A DNA stretch of 64,000 nt. Source: Vicugna vicugna. Lineage: Eukaryota. The DNA lies in the NCBI GenBank assembly GCA_013265495.1, contig MU058636.1:8763425-8827424 (forward strand). The letters are read 5' to 3'. The notes under the pieces were generated by a model. That model was given only the letters and a program-made list of their open reading frames with translations. It was not told where the DNA came from and ran no database searches. Shown in pieces: positions 39,270-50,649 of the stretch (the first letter of the stretch is position 1; each line of letters opens with the position of its first letter). A program made the position numbers and the translations under genes.

Positions 39270-39500
39270 AACATGCTCACTGTAGCGTCTATTTAATAAG
39301 TACCTCTGAAATGTGAGGCAGCGTGTTAACACTTTACATTCTCTTTAAATTTTAATTATATTTAATCATCCCATTGGCTCCATAAAGTAAGTATTATTAT
39401 CCCTATTCAACAAATGGAACACTGGAAAATTAGTCGTTTGCCTAAGGCGATGCCACTAGAAAGTGATGGAGTTAGGATCCTAATCTCAGCTTTTACTAAA
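39270..39500 (-). mobile_element. MIR SINE
   Basis: GTAAGTATTATTATCCCTATTCAACAAATGGAAC...TTTGCCTAAGGCGATGCCACTAGAAAGTGATGGAGTTAGGATCC. Confidence 0.65.
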
Positions 39501-40159
39501 CTGGGTTACACCTGAAGATGCCTTTGGTTGGTGGCATGCCACCCTAATGGTGTTTCATTTGAATATGTTTAGGGGAGGACTAATTATAATGTCTTTTGTT
39601 CCTTTGTTCCTCCTTAACTGCCTTGTTTTGTGTGAAATGTGTATTTTATAGTGTTGATTAGTCCCTTTCCTCTTTTTTGATCATTTCTAACTACATAGTT
39701 TTACATTAACTTCTCAATGGCTGCACTGGGTCCAATCTGCATCTTCATTTATCATAATCTACTTCAGATTAATGCTAATCCTACCAAAATATACAAATTT
39801 TGCTCCAATATGGTCTCATTCCCTCCTCTCTTTTTAAATGATACTATTGTCATATGTATTACATGCATCTATAACTTCAGAATTTATATTATGCCATAAT
39901 TATTGTTTTATGCAATCTTACATGCTTTTAAAGTAGTTAAAACAGAAAACAGAAAATAAGTCTATACAGTCTTTTATGTTTACACCCAAGTTTCCCATTC
40001 AGTTGTACGTATTTCTTCTCTATGTATTTTAGTCACTGACTGGAATTGTTCCCCATCAGCCTGAACACTTCCCCTTAGTATATCTTGGGAAGCACGACCC
40101 TAGCAACAGATACCCTCAGGCTCTGTTTTTCCCGGGAATATCTTTATTTGCCTTCATTA

Positions 40160-40690
40160 AATTTTTTTTTATTACGGCATATTTTACATATTTTATAACT
40201 CAATCCCTTCAAGTACCCGATTCAAAGTTTTAAAAATAAATCTAAGTTGTGCAACTGTTATCACAAAACAATTTCTGAACATTTTCATCCCGCCAATAAG
40301 ATCTCTTATGCCCATTAATCACCTGACCCCTCTACTCCAGGCAAACACTATACTTTCCATGTTTATAAAATTCCTCCCTCTGAATGATTCAAAAAATAGA
40401 ATCATACAACAAATGTTCTGTGTCTGACCTCCTTCACCCACACAATGCTGGGGAGGTTCATCTATGTTACACACACAGCAGCAATCAGCCCCACTCCCCA
40501 ACACTAAACATCATTCTACTGCAGAGATGCAGTAGGGTTTGTCCATCAATCAGTATGTCAGTGGACACCCAGGTGATTTACAATCTCTGGCCAACGTGAA
40601 CAAGGTTGCTAAGAATATTAATATACAAATTTTTATGTGGATGTATATTTTCATTTCTCCTGGGTAAACATGCCCAGAAATAAAGTTGCT
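40160..40690 (-). mobile_element. L1MB-like 3' end nested in the older L1
   Basis: T-tract then AAGTTGTGCAACTGTTATCACA..ATTTCTGAACATTTTCATCCCGCC...CCAGGCAAACACTA...TTTTATGTGGATGTATATTTTCATTTCTCCTGGGTAAA. Confidence 0.75.
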
Positions 40691-41030
40691 GGCCTGAGTT
40701 GCTTCTGTAGGCTCCAGAGGAAAACCTATTTCCTTGCCTATTTCATCCTTTAGAGCTTGCTGTGGGCTGGTGGTCCTCTTTCTTCTTGTTTCAAGCCAGA
40801 AATGTTGGTTGACTTCTTTTCAGATCACCTCATTCTGACCTTCTCTTCTATTTCCCTCTTCCACTTTTAAGAACCTTTGTGATTATATATAAACTCATTG
40901 GATTACGTCAAGAATTATCTCCCGATTTAAAGTTAGCTAATTAGGACATTCAATTCTGTCTGCAACCTTAGTTCTATTTTTCAATGTAATGCAACATACA
41001 AGATTTCAAGGACAAGGACATGGACATCAA
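40690..41030 (-). mobile_element. MLT1 (C/D-like) LTR fragment
   Basis: CTTCTGTAGGCTCCAGAGGAAAACCTATTTCCTTGCC...CCCTCTTCCACTTTTAAGAACCTTTGTGATTA...GGACAAGGACATGGACATC. Confidence 0.75.
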
Positions 41031-41897
41031 AGTACAGATTTATTTTCTTTCAGCACTTTGAATATGTCAACCCACTATCTTTTACTCATTGTTTCTCATG
41101 AGAAGTTAGGCATTAGTCACTGAGATGCTATCCTATTTATAATCAATCACTTTTTTCATTTACTGCTCTCAAGATTTTCTCCTGGTTCTTGGGTTTCAAC
41201 AATGTAATTGCAATGTGTCTAGTTGTACATATCCTTGTTTATCCTACTTTATTGAGCTTTGTGCATCTGTATACTAATTTTTATCAACTTCAGAAAGTCT
41301 TAGTCTATTATTCTTCAAATATTATTTCACTTTCTCTTTTTGGATCTCCCATTATATAATGTTGTCAAGCTTAACATTATACCACAGATCTCTGAGCCTT
41401 CACTTTTCTTCAGTAGCTTTTCTTTCAGTTCTTCACACTGGATAATTTCATTCCTTCTTTCTTCTCCCAAACCAAATCTACCAGTGAACCCCTTTAGTGA
41501 ATTTTTTATTTTAATTATTGTGATTTTCAAATCTATCATGTTCATTTTTTTCTTTTGTATAACGTTTATCTCTTACTTGAGAATCTCTATTTATTGTTAC
41601 TTCATTTCCTTTAATTCTTTAAACACGTTTTCTTTAAAAATTTTTAAACGTGTTTAAAGTAACTATAGGATGTTTTTCTGTAAAACTCAACATCTGAGGA
41701 TACTAAAATATAATTCCAATGACTTTTTCCTTTTAATATTGGTTACACTTTTCTGGTTTTGTGTGTGTGTGATATCTTTTTGTTTTTGTTGAAAACGGGA
41801 CATATTATGTAATGTTGCAATTCTAGTTTCTTATCTTTTCTCTTATAAGTTGCTGTTCTTGTTGGGATTTTATTATTGTTTTTGTTTTGTTTTCTTT

Positions 41898-41950
41898 GCT
41901 TCTTGGTTTGTATGCTTCCTTTGGTTTGTATGGTTCCTTGGTTTGTATGC
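41898..41950 (+). repeat. Three tandem copies of a ~17-bp unit
   Basis: GCTTCTTGGTTTGTAT / GCTTCCTTTGGTTTGTAT / GGTTCCTTGGTTTGTAT. Confidence 0.85.
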
Positions 41951-42679
41951 CTGGGCTAAATCTGTGAAATCCGTTTCTGCTGTACTGTGAAACCACTAAT
42001 ATTATTTCTGCTCAGGTTATGTTTTAAAACATATAATCTAGTTTTTATTTTTAGGTCTCGCTTCTTAGGGGCCACTGCTGTGTCTGTGTGTCTCAGTTGT
42101 CATCCAGTTGTTAGACTGAGGTTATGTTTAAGCAAGTCAAGCCAATAAGATTTCCTTCTTCTGTTAACAGATCTGTGGATTGGTTAAAAATTAAACATCC
42201 AGACCATTTTCAGACCCTAGGTTTTACTTTTAGTTTGTGCTGGTGCCCTGTGCACATACATGTAAAACCTGCCAGGAACTCCTTTGCCTCAATCACAACT
42301 CAGAATAAAAGAGGTGTTGGCCTTCCTTGCTCAACCATACCTGAGATCATGACTTTAACCTTGTTTCTGGCCACTGGTCACCAATACTCCAAAATAAGTA
42401 ATTCTTCTTCAACTGCGACAGTGAAACTAATGGACCTCATGGCCTGCCCCATTCTGCCATGTATTCCACGTAGACCAAGCCAGGGGAAAGAGAAACAGCC
42501 TCAGGAGAGAATACCTCAGATTCTCATTGCTCTTTCCTGAACTTCAGCCACTTTTCAAGAAAAATGCTTTTTAGATTGGCGTATTCTTTTTGTCTAATTC
42601 CAGGGTTCTGAAATGGAAACTTACGCCTATTTTGGGGGAAGAGAATTTGCCAATTTTCTTATTTGGCCATAGTCATCAA

Positions 42680-43650
42680 GATTTTTTTTTAACATTTTAA
42701 TGACAAAATTATTCTAACTGAGCACATTATAAGATTAGTGAGAAAAAACATATAATCTTGTAAATAGATGCATATAAATCATTTGATAACAACCATCACT
42801 CATTTATGGTTTAAAAATGACTCTGAGCAAATTGGAAATATGAAAGAAACTCCTTGTTTGATACTTATAAAAAAACTGCAAAAAACCTAAGATATGACAG
42901 CCTCACTTTCAACTTGTTCAGAAATCCCTGGCTAATATACTAAGTGAAATAAAAAGGAATGAAAAAGTTTAAATTGTGAGGAGGAAAAGAATAAACTGTT
43001 CTTATTTCAAGATAGTATGACTCTCCACAAAGAAAATTCAAAAGGCTTGAAAAAAATTCTTAGAAATTATAACAGATTTTAGGATACAGGTTTGCTAGGT
43101 ATAAGATTGCCAGACAATAAAGCCTTTTTACAGAAATCAACAGTGTTCCTTTACATCAATAGTAATCAATGAGAAAATAGAATTTTTATGAGACTGACGC
43201 GCTACCTACTGCGCTAACGAGGCACCTAGAGAAAATAGAATTTTTAAAAGATAACATTTACAATTGTAACAAACTTGTGAGAAATTTAGTAATAAATCTT
43301 AAGACCAGAGTGCTATGGAAACAAGAGGGGAAAAAAAAAAAAACCTAAACAAAAAAAGCTGTTTAGAAAGAGACCTTACTCCAAAATATATTTGAATGTT
43401 ATATGTGACAGATGTACAAATCAGTGGGGGTTATCTGTTTATTAATAAAGTACAGAAAATTGTTATTGATATAAAATAGATATCTTAGATTACATTACTA
43501 ACAAAAGTCCTTGCCAATACATAAAGCTGTTAGGTTTAAAAGTTAAATCTTTTACATCTTTAGGGAAAAAAATATGAGACAGTGAGAAGGTTTTCTTGAT
43601 TCAAATTTTAAAAGCACAGATAATAAAGGAATATTGACTACATCATGGTG
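42680..43650 (+). mobile_element. L1ME-like ORF2 fragments
   Basis: AAATCATTTGATAACAACCATCACTCATTTATG, CAGAAATCAACAGTGTTCCTTTACATCAATAGTAATCAA and AGTAATAAATCTTAAG. Confidence 0.7.
43186..43228 (-). pseudogene. Tailless retropseudogene: 5' half of elongator tRNA-Met(CAT) plus 5-nt leader
   Basis: Minus strand reads TAGGT-GCCTCGTTAGCGCAGTAGGTAGCGCGTCAGTCTCATAA, matching tRNA-Met(CAT) nt 1-38 (43223-43186). Flanked by an 18-bp direct repeat GAGAAAATAGAATTTTTA (43171-43188, 43229-43246). Confidence 0.93.
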
Positions 43651-45299
43651 GAAAATAAAGACAGTGTAACCCTTTTATTAATGCCACAAGCTTATGCAGT
43701 ACTGATGTGAATCAACTTTATCTTTCTTTTTTCATCTAATTATATTTTTAAACAGATTTCTCTCCAGTCTCCAGAAAAAAAGAGCAATCAAAGTTAAAGT
43801 TATTCTATTCATCATCTATAAAACTGATACTTATTGTTCACCTTCAATTCTAAATGAAAAAAATAGAGAAATGAAAAGAAATAATCAGGGCAAAAATAAT
43901 TCAAGTTAACTTTGAAAATACTGAAATGTTTAAAAAGCTACCAACAGTGGCAGAGGATTCCTTAACTTCCACAGATCTTGGTTGCAAACCATTAAGTTGT
44001 TCGGAATTTTTTACTAATTCTGTTTTAAATTTTCCTTTAAAACTTCACATGAAGCATCAAAAATTAATTACCACAGTTACAATAAGGTATCTCAAAAATT
44101 CTTATTAGAATTACAATTTTGGTATTATTACACAGTAAATTACATATGCAAAGTTTCTAGTGTGTTTAAATCGTTTAAGAACAATTTTTATTCTTAAAAT
44201 AATAGATAATATAAACTTGTCCAAGATATAGTATAGTAATATATTTTTGACAAATTGATCTGTTCATTATTAAAAATAATGGAGAATATAAGGAGTTGTC
44301 TGTAAGAAAGAAAATAAGTCTTTCTCCCAAAACAGAGCTTACATGACGCAGTAAAACTATAAATGTAACCCCAGTTTTTGCTCTGGAACTGAAAAGAGTA
44401 ATTGAGAGAAAACACTGCTCACAAACTAATTATATATTTTTCTAAAATACCATTTTCTTAAAACATAAGACCCATCTGGCTTAACATCTGCAAAATTCCT
44501 ATCATTAAAAAGGAAGGAAGTAAACATAGTGGAAGCTATTCAAGGATTCTGTACACGTCACTAAATTTTCTAGGCTTTAAATTTGACTATAACAGAAGAC
44601 TGTATACGGATTGTACTTTCTTGAAATCAAAGTTACAAAATTTTGGAATCAAACTTTGAATAATTGATTTTTATTCTGTCTTCGATGATTTTTGGTTTCT
44701 CATATTGTTTATCATAAACTTGACTGTGTAATTAACTTCTTCATTTCTCTATTGGCTGGATGAGTTAAACATGGCTAAAATCAGACAACCCCAGGTCTCT
44801 AACCACTGAACTGCCAAATGGAACTATTTTAACCAATTGATTTAATGAATCACTAATTTGTTCATTCATTTGAAATATGTTTTCATTGGCAAAAATATAT
44901 CCTTCATGTACTATTTTAGGTGCTGACATATAGCAATGAAGAAGACAGCATGATCCCCGCTTATGTGAAGTTGCTGAATAGTTCTTGTAAAGTTTCGGCC
45001 CGAAGCACAGAAACTCAGACTCCAGGATCATGCCAAACAACACAGGGAATGCAGTCACTTCTTTCTGTCCCACAGTGAAGAGATAAATAATTCTACTCCT
45101 ACCTTTTCATTTAGTTTAAGCCACTAAGGAGGCTGGAATGGTTGGGAAAGTGTGAGGTCACATTTTTATTGTCACTGGAATTAAAAGAATGGAAAGTAGA
45201 CCAAAGACTTCTTTCTGATCCTAGAAAACTATAGAAAGATTCATGTGCAGAGTTATGAATTCTGCATAGCATTATTCCACTTTAAGTTTTAGGTAAAAG

Positions 45300-45560
45300 A
45301 TGCTTACGTACTCTTTATATATGCCAGGCAATATCCTATTATTTAATTCTTCTAAAACATCCATTTATTTAAAACTTCTAAAAAGACTATAATACAAATA
45401 TGCTTATTATCTGAACTTTACATATAAAAACACTCAGATACAGAGAAATCAAGCACATTAGCTGAAGTCACACAGCTAGAGAGTGACAGAGTCAAGGTTT
45501 GAATCTAACCAATTGAAATCCAGAATCTGGGTTCTTGACAACTATAAATGCTGCCTTTCA
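45300..45560 (-). mobile_element. MIR SINE
   Basis: AACACTCAGATACAGAGAAATCAAGCACATTAGCTGAAGTCACACAGCTAGAGAGTGACAGAGTCAAGGTTTGAATCTAACC. Confidence 0.75.
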
Positions 45561-46094
45561 CATATTCAAGGAGTTATGTTTCCTGGGACCTCAAATGGAC
45601 TTCTCTTTTCTTTAATTACTAAAAAAGAGTCAGTTGTTGTAATACTTCAAAATGTGCTAAACTGATAAGGAGATCCAATTTGTAGCAAAACTAATTCTGC
45701 AACTATACTTTCTAGCTGAAAGAACTTTATGTGATTCTTTCTTCTGCAAGCCATGGGGATATATGTTAATAGTTTACTGAGTTTTAATGGACCTCAAAAG
45801 GCCCATTAAACACATTATTTAAACACATGCTTGAAGCTCTTAGCTCTTTTTTGATCAATAAAGCACTTTTTATTAATATTTTTTCTTGTATTTAAAGGAG
45901 GAATTACAACTCTCCATAGCTGTACATACAACCCTTTTCTCCTAAAAAGGAGTCAGTACTCCTATATTTTTCATTTTTTGTCAAAGCAAGAAGCAAATAC
46001 TTTAGAACTGTTAAATATATAATAAAGTAAATAAAGTTGAGTGTTTTCTAGGGTAAAAAAAAAACCAACAACAAAAACAAAAAATACATTATTT

Positions 46095-47442
46095 ATTTTC
46101 AGAAAAGGTAGACTGGGGACCTCTGCAAATGAGTCCTTACCTAAAAGCAGCAAAACTACTGACAAAAAAATTGTTGAAATCAACTCTTTGGAATTCTGAA
46201 TATTAACCAATGCCTTGCAACAATCTCAGGAGCATTTATTCAAGAAAAACTGTTGAACGTAGGTGAGAATGGCAGTTTATGTCATTTGAATTTGACCATT
46301 CCTGTCTCCAACTCCCCAACTTACAGCTGCCTTGAAAACTGGTAGCCTTGCAACCACTAAGCTGTGTAAACCAGTGGTGTTGCAGGCACCTGAAGGAGCA
46401 GATGAATTTGGAAGCTATTCCCAGAACATTGTCAGTATTTGACCAGTCTCACAACTCCTTGGAAAAGCTCTCTTTGCAGGATGTTTTTGTTATTTGACCT
46501 AATTTTGGAGCTTGCTCCATGAGAAAATCCCATCTCCAGGAAATTGCTTGAAAAATATCAAAGGCAATAGTTTACAATGCAACTCTCCAAGGCTGTCAAT
46601 ATGAGTTGGAACAAATAAGAGGTTGGCCAAAACATAAAAGGAAGCTCTGTGAAACGAGATGTCCATAGGGAGTTCTGAAAAGCCTTGACATGTTCCTGGT
46701 GATCCAGAGGACAGGACACATGTGTGGGACGATACACAGGCCAGGAATAGAAGATCTGAGTCTACCACTGCTAGCTAACCCCGAGATCCTGCATAAACAG
46801 GAAGAAAAGACTACACTAGAGTTTTTAACTGCCTAAGAACAGAAGCCCAGAGTACAGAGTCCCTTAACAAATGGTGTAAGACGTCTGTAACATCTCAAGG
46901 AATTAAATGAAGTCTCTGACAGATCAGTAGATGATCACTAAACTCCGTGAAGACATCAGCACCCACAGTCTACAAGGAACGCAAGATTTTATAACTATTC
47001 TTGGAAAGTCACTAAACAAATAAAAAGTAGCAACAACCATGACAACAAAAACATCAGCAACAACAAACTCTGGGGATGAAGGGAAATCTGATTTCTGGAA
47101 CTTCCACACTAAAAAGTCCAGTTTTCAACAACAACAGAAATATGAGACAGGCAAAGAAAAAGGAAAAGAAAGCGTTGCTCACGCTCAAGAAAATAAAAGC
47201 AGTCAAAAGAAACGATCCCTGAGGGGGCCCAGATTTACAAGATAAAGACTTTAAATAAGCTATTAAAGAGATAAAAGAAACCACATCTAAAAAAATTAGA
47301 GGAAAATATAACAATGGTGTCTCACCAAGTAGATATTGTCAGTAGAGATACAGAAATATTAAATATTAACAAGAACCAAGTAGCAATTCTGGGAACTGAG
47401 AAATGCAATACTTGAAAATTCACTAGTAGCATTCAGCAGTAG
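46095..47442 (+). mobile_element. L1MC/L1MD-like 5' UTR and ORF1 start
   Basis: GTTGAAATCAACTCTTTGGAATTCTGAATATTAACCAA...CATTTATTCAAGAAAA, AAAAAGTCCAGTTTTCAACAAC and GATAAAGACTTTAAATAAGCTATTA. Confidence 0.8.
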
Positions 47443-47794
47443 TCTATTAAGTGTGCAAAAGCATTGTGTCTAAAAAAATACAGTGTACATACCTTAATTA
47501 GAGAATTCTTTTTTGGTAACAAATGCTAATCATCATCTGAGCCTTCAGTGAGTAACAGTAGCAACTCAAAGATCACTGACCACAGATCACTGTAAAAAAC
47601 AATAATAAAATGTATAAAATATTGAGGTGATTATCAAAATGTGACACAGAGACATGAAGTGAGAAAATGCTGTTGGAGAAATGGCACTGATAGAGTCACT
47701 CAATGCAGGGTTGCCACAAATCTTCAATTTGTGAAAAACACAATATCCATGAAGCACCATATATTAAAGCACAGTTAAACGAGGTAAGCTGGTA
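47443..47794. mobile_element. Tigger1-derived (TcMar-Tigger) DNA transposon fragment
   Basis: AAAATGTGACACAGAGACATGAAGTGAG..ATGCTGTTGGAGAAATGGCACTGATAGA..CAATGCAGGGTTGCCACAAATCTTCAATTTGT, ending TAAACGAGGTAAGCTGGTA like the Tigger1 TIR plus TA. Confidence 0.85.
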
Positions 47795-47944
47795 TAAAAT
47801 CCAGTGTTATAACATTTTTAGTTTGTAACTTCACTTTTTATTTCGTACGTTATTTAAAAGGCAAATGTGTCAAACAATTATTTTTAATCTATGTTAAAGG
47901 GCACACTATACCCAAATGTGGGCGAGGATCTGTGAAATTGCATG

Positions 47945-48575
47945 TGCTGGGGGAATTTAAAATGGTTTGCTGCTATGGAAAACGGTTTGGCAGTTCCTCT
48001 AAAGGCTAAACAAAGAATTACCGTATGATCCAGCGATTCTGCTGCTAGCTGTATAGACAAAGGAATTGAAAACAAGGTCTCAGACACGTGTATGCCAGTG
48101 TTCATAGCACCCTTATTCACAATAGCCAAAAGGTGGAAACACCCCAAGTGTCCACGAGCAATGGATAAACAGTATGTGGTATATGCAAATAATGGGCCAT
48201 TATCCAGCCGTAAAGAGAAGGGAAGTTCTGATACGTGCTATCACATGAAAGAACCTTAAAAACATTGTGCTAGGTGAAATAATTCAGATGTAAGAGATGA
48301 ATATTGTATGATGCTGCTTATATGGTTACCTAGAATGAGCAGATTCATAGAAACAGAATGTAGATTAGAGGTTATGTGGGACATAAGGGAGGGGCAGGGG
48401 AAATTACTGCTTAATGGGTACAGAGTTTCTGCTAAAGTAGTAAGAAAGTTTGGATATAGTGGTGATGATTAAACAACACTGTGAATATAGTTAATGCTAC
48501 AGAATTGTTCCCTTAAAAATGGTTAAAATGGTAAATTTTGTTACGTATATATTACAAGAATAGAGAAAAAATACA
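47945..48575 (+). mobile_element. L1MB-like 3' end
   Basis: CTGCTATGGAAAACGGTTTGGCAGTTCCTCTAAAGGCTAAAC...TTCACAATAGCCAAAAGGTGGAAAC...TTAAAAATGGTTAAAATGGTAAATTTTG. Confidence 0.9.
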
Positions 48576-50291
48576 AACAGGCCTGTCCCCCCAGCTCTTC
48601 TGAGCCTTTCTGGCATCACTCACTTAGTAATATTTAAAAGCTCTCCCTTCTGTCTTAAATAACTAAGGTTGCCCTTTAAAGTTACTTACATTTGTTTGAC
48701 CTTTGTAGAAGATGAAATTATAGTCTCCATCTTTTTAGAAACTTTCTCATATTTAAAATGTACTACAAATATCGACTTTTCTCTCCCACCCAAAATCAGC
48801 ACAGTGTTTTAACCTCCTATAAAACATCCTGTATTTCAATCTTTTTCTTCTATCAGAAACTCCTCTTTTTCTGTATTTGAACTTTTCCTGGTTTCTCTCA
48901 GGTTGGAGAAAAACTAGAAAATGCCTTTCAGGTGGAATGTATCAAATACTAAATATATTGTGGAAGCTAAGTTTTTGCCTCATGAAAATCTGATATCTGT
49001 CTGTTTATTTAGTCTGTTTATTTAAAAAAACTAAAGTGTGTCTGGATTTTTCTTTTTTGTCTTTCACTTATAATTTCCAATTCTCATTTTGTTTTTTGTC
49101 CCCAATTTTTAGTACACATTTATGCTTCTTACTGCACAGAAGTAATCTCTCTAAAATTCCATTCTAGTCACTTCTGTAAAGTGTCCTTTAATTTTTAATT
49201 CCATCTGGCTAAGTGCTGGCCACCTCCCTAAGTGTCTGCCACGGACTTAATGCAAATGCTCACTAATCCATCTCCCACGTCAGACTTGCCATCTACCTCC
49301 CAGGCCTCCGGGAGAAATTAATGAGTTCACTGTTCTACTGCTCTTTGAATACCTACGTTTTAGAAGTGCGATGCCAAAAGTCTCCAAAACTTTGTGTTAT
49401 GAAATGGTTCATGAAAAATGAATTTTATGATTTTAGTAAATGTTAAGAGCATTAAGTATTCAAAGGAATAGATAGACCCCAGCTATTGAACACTTGAAAG
49501 GCATTAGCTAAAGCCAGAATACCCTCACTGATACAACTGTACAGATAATGCAGGGGTTGGTGGAGGGTTTAAATCAAAATGTTTATATAATGTAAATATC
49601 TAAAACACAAGTTTACACTACCATTTATCATATCATAGGAAAAACAAAATGCAAATAATAGAAGAGTGATACTACTTAAGTCAATATTAATTCATTGTGT
49701 TTGAAAAATACTCATTTTTATCACAATAATATCTAACAATTCTTAGAATGCTTCAAAAACACATATTAAGAAGAGAGAAATTATCCAAAATTCACAGCAG
49801 AGTTCCTTCAACATCTTGCCATGTTTCCTTTAATTCTTTGGCTATGTATATATTTTTAATGATGTTGAGTAAATGCTATATTTCTAGGAGCATGTGCTAA
49901 TTTCAAAGGTATTTTTCATTACATCACACTATCATATTTCATACTATATAGAGATATCAACAAAAAAGATAAACATAAATATGAAATTAACCCAATTTCT
50001 ACTGCTGATATTTTGACATAGTTCAATAAAATATAATTTTTTTGCATTTCAAAAATTTCAGTTCTCTTTTTAACAGAACTATTTTAATAACTTTATTACA
50101 CAAGAATTAATTTTCATCACACTAAAATCAGGTAATGAAAATATGCAAAAAGAAAAAATTAAAAATCATGACGAATCCCACCATGTAGAGACACACTAAT
50201 ATTCTGGATTATAGTTACTCCTTCTCCTTTGAGATATAAATATGTATATATCTGTGTGTATAAATACAGATGTGCAGATAGAGGCATATAT

Positions 50292-50649
50292 TATACCATG
50301 GATTTTGTGCTTCCCTCAAAATTCATAGGTTGTTACTAATTCCCACTGTGATGGTATTTGGAGGTGGAGACTTTGAACGTTTACTAGAACGGAGCCTTGA
50401 TGAGTGAGACCACTAGCACCCTTGTAAAAGAGGCTCCAGAGAGCATCCTCACTCCTTTCATCACACGCGGATGCAGTGAGAAGACAGCTGTCTGTGAATG
50501 AGGAAGCAGGTCCTCACCAGACACAGAATCTGCCAGCACCTTGATTGTGTGCTTCCCAGCCTCCAGAGCTGTGAGGAATAAAATTTTGTCATTTATAAGT
50601 CACTCAGTTTATGGTATTTTTGTTATAGCAGACTGACTGGACAAATACA
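50292..50649 (+). mobile_element. MLT1A-type MaLR LTR
   Basis: GATGGTATTTGGAGGTGG...GCAGGTCCTCACCAGACACAGAATCTGCCAGCACCTTGAT..CTTCCCAGCCTCCAGAGCTGTGAGGAATAAA...GGTATTTTTGTTATAGCAG. Confidence 0.9.

Larger units (their letters stand above)
39570..42670 (-). mobile_element. Old L1M 5' half (5' UTR, ORF1, inter-ORF), with nested insertions
   Basis: ORF 41327-41545(-) DLKITIIKIKNSLKGFTGRFGLGEERRNEIIQCEELKEK is an L1 ORF1 coiled-coil. TTTTCTTTCAGCACTTTGAATATGTCAACCCACT is typical antisense ORF1. Confidence 0.8.

Noticed and set aside
41898..41950. CRISPR-like or regulatory repeat array
   Set aside because: Three adjacent units without unique spacers in mammalian DNA, inside an L1: an ordinary minisatellite.
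42124..42540. 138-aa ORF
   Set aside because: It lies antisense within an old L1 5' region and shows no recognisable protein features.
43186..43223. Functional tRNA-Met gene
   Set aside because: Only nt 1-38 are present, with no T arm, B box or 3' acceptor strand, and it is flanked by a TSD.
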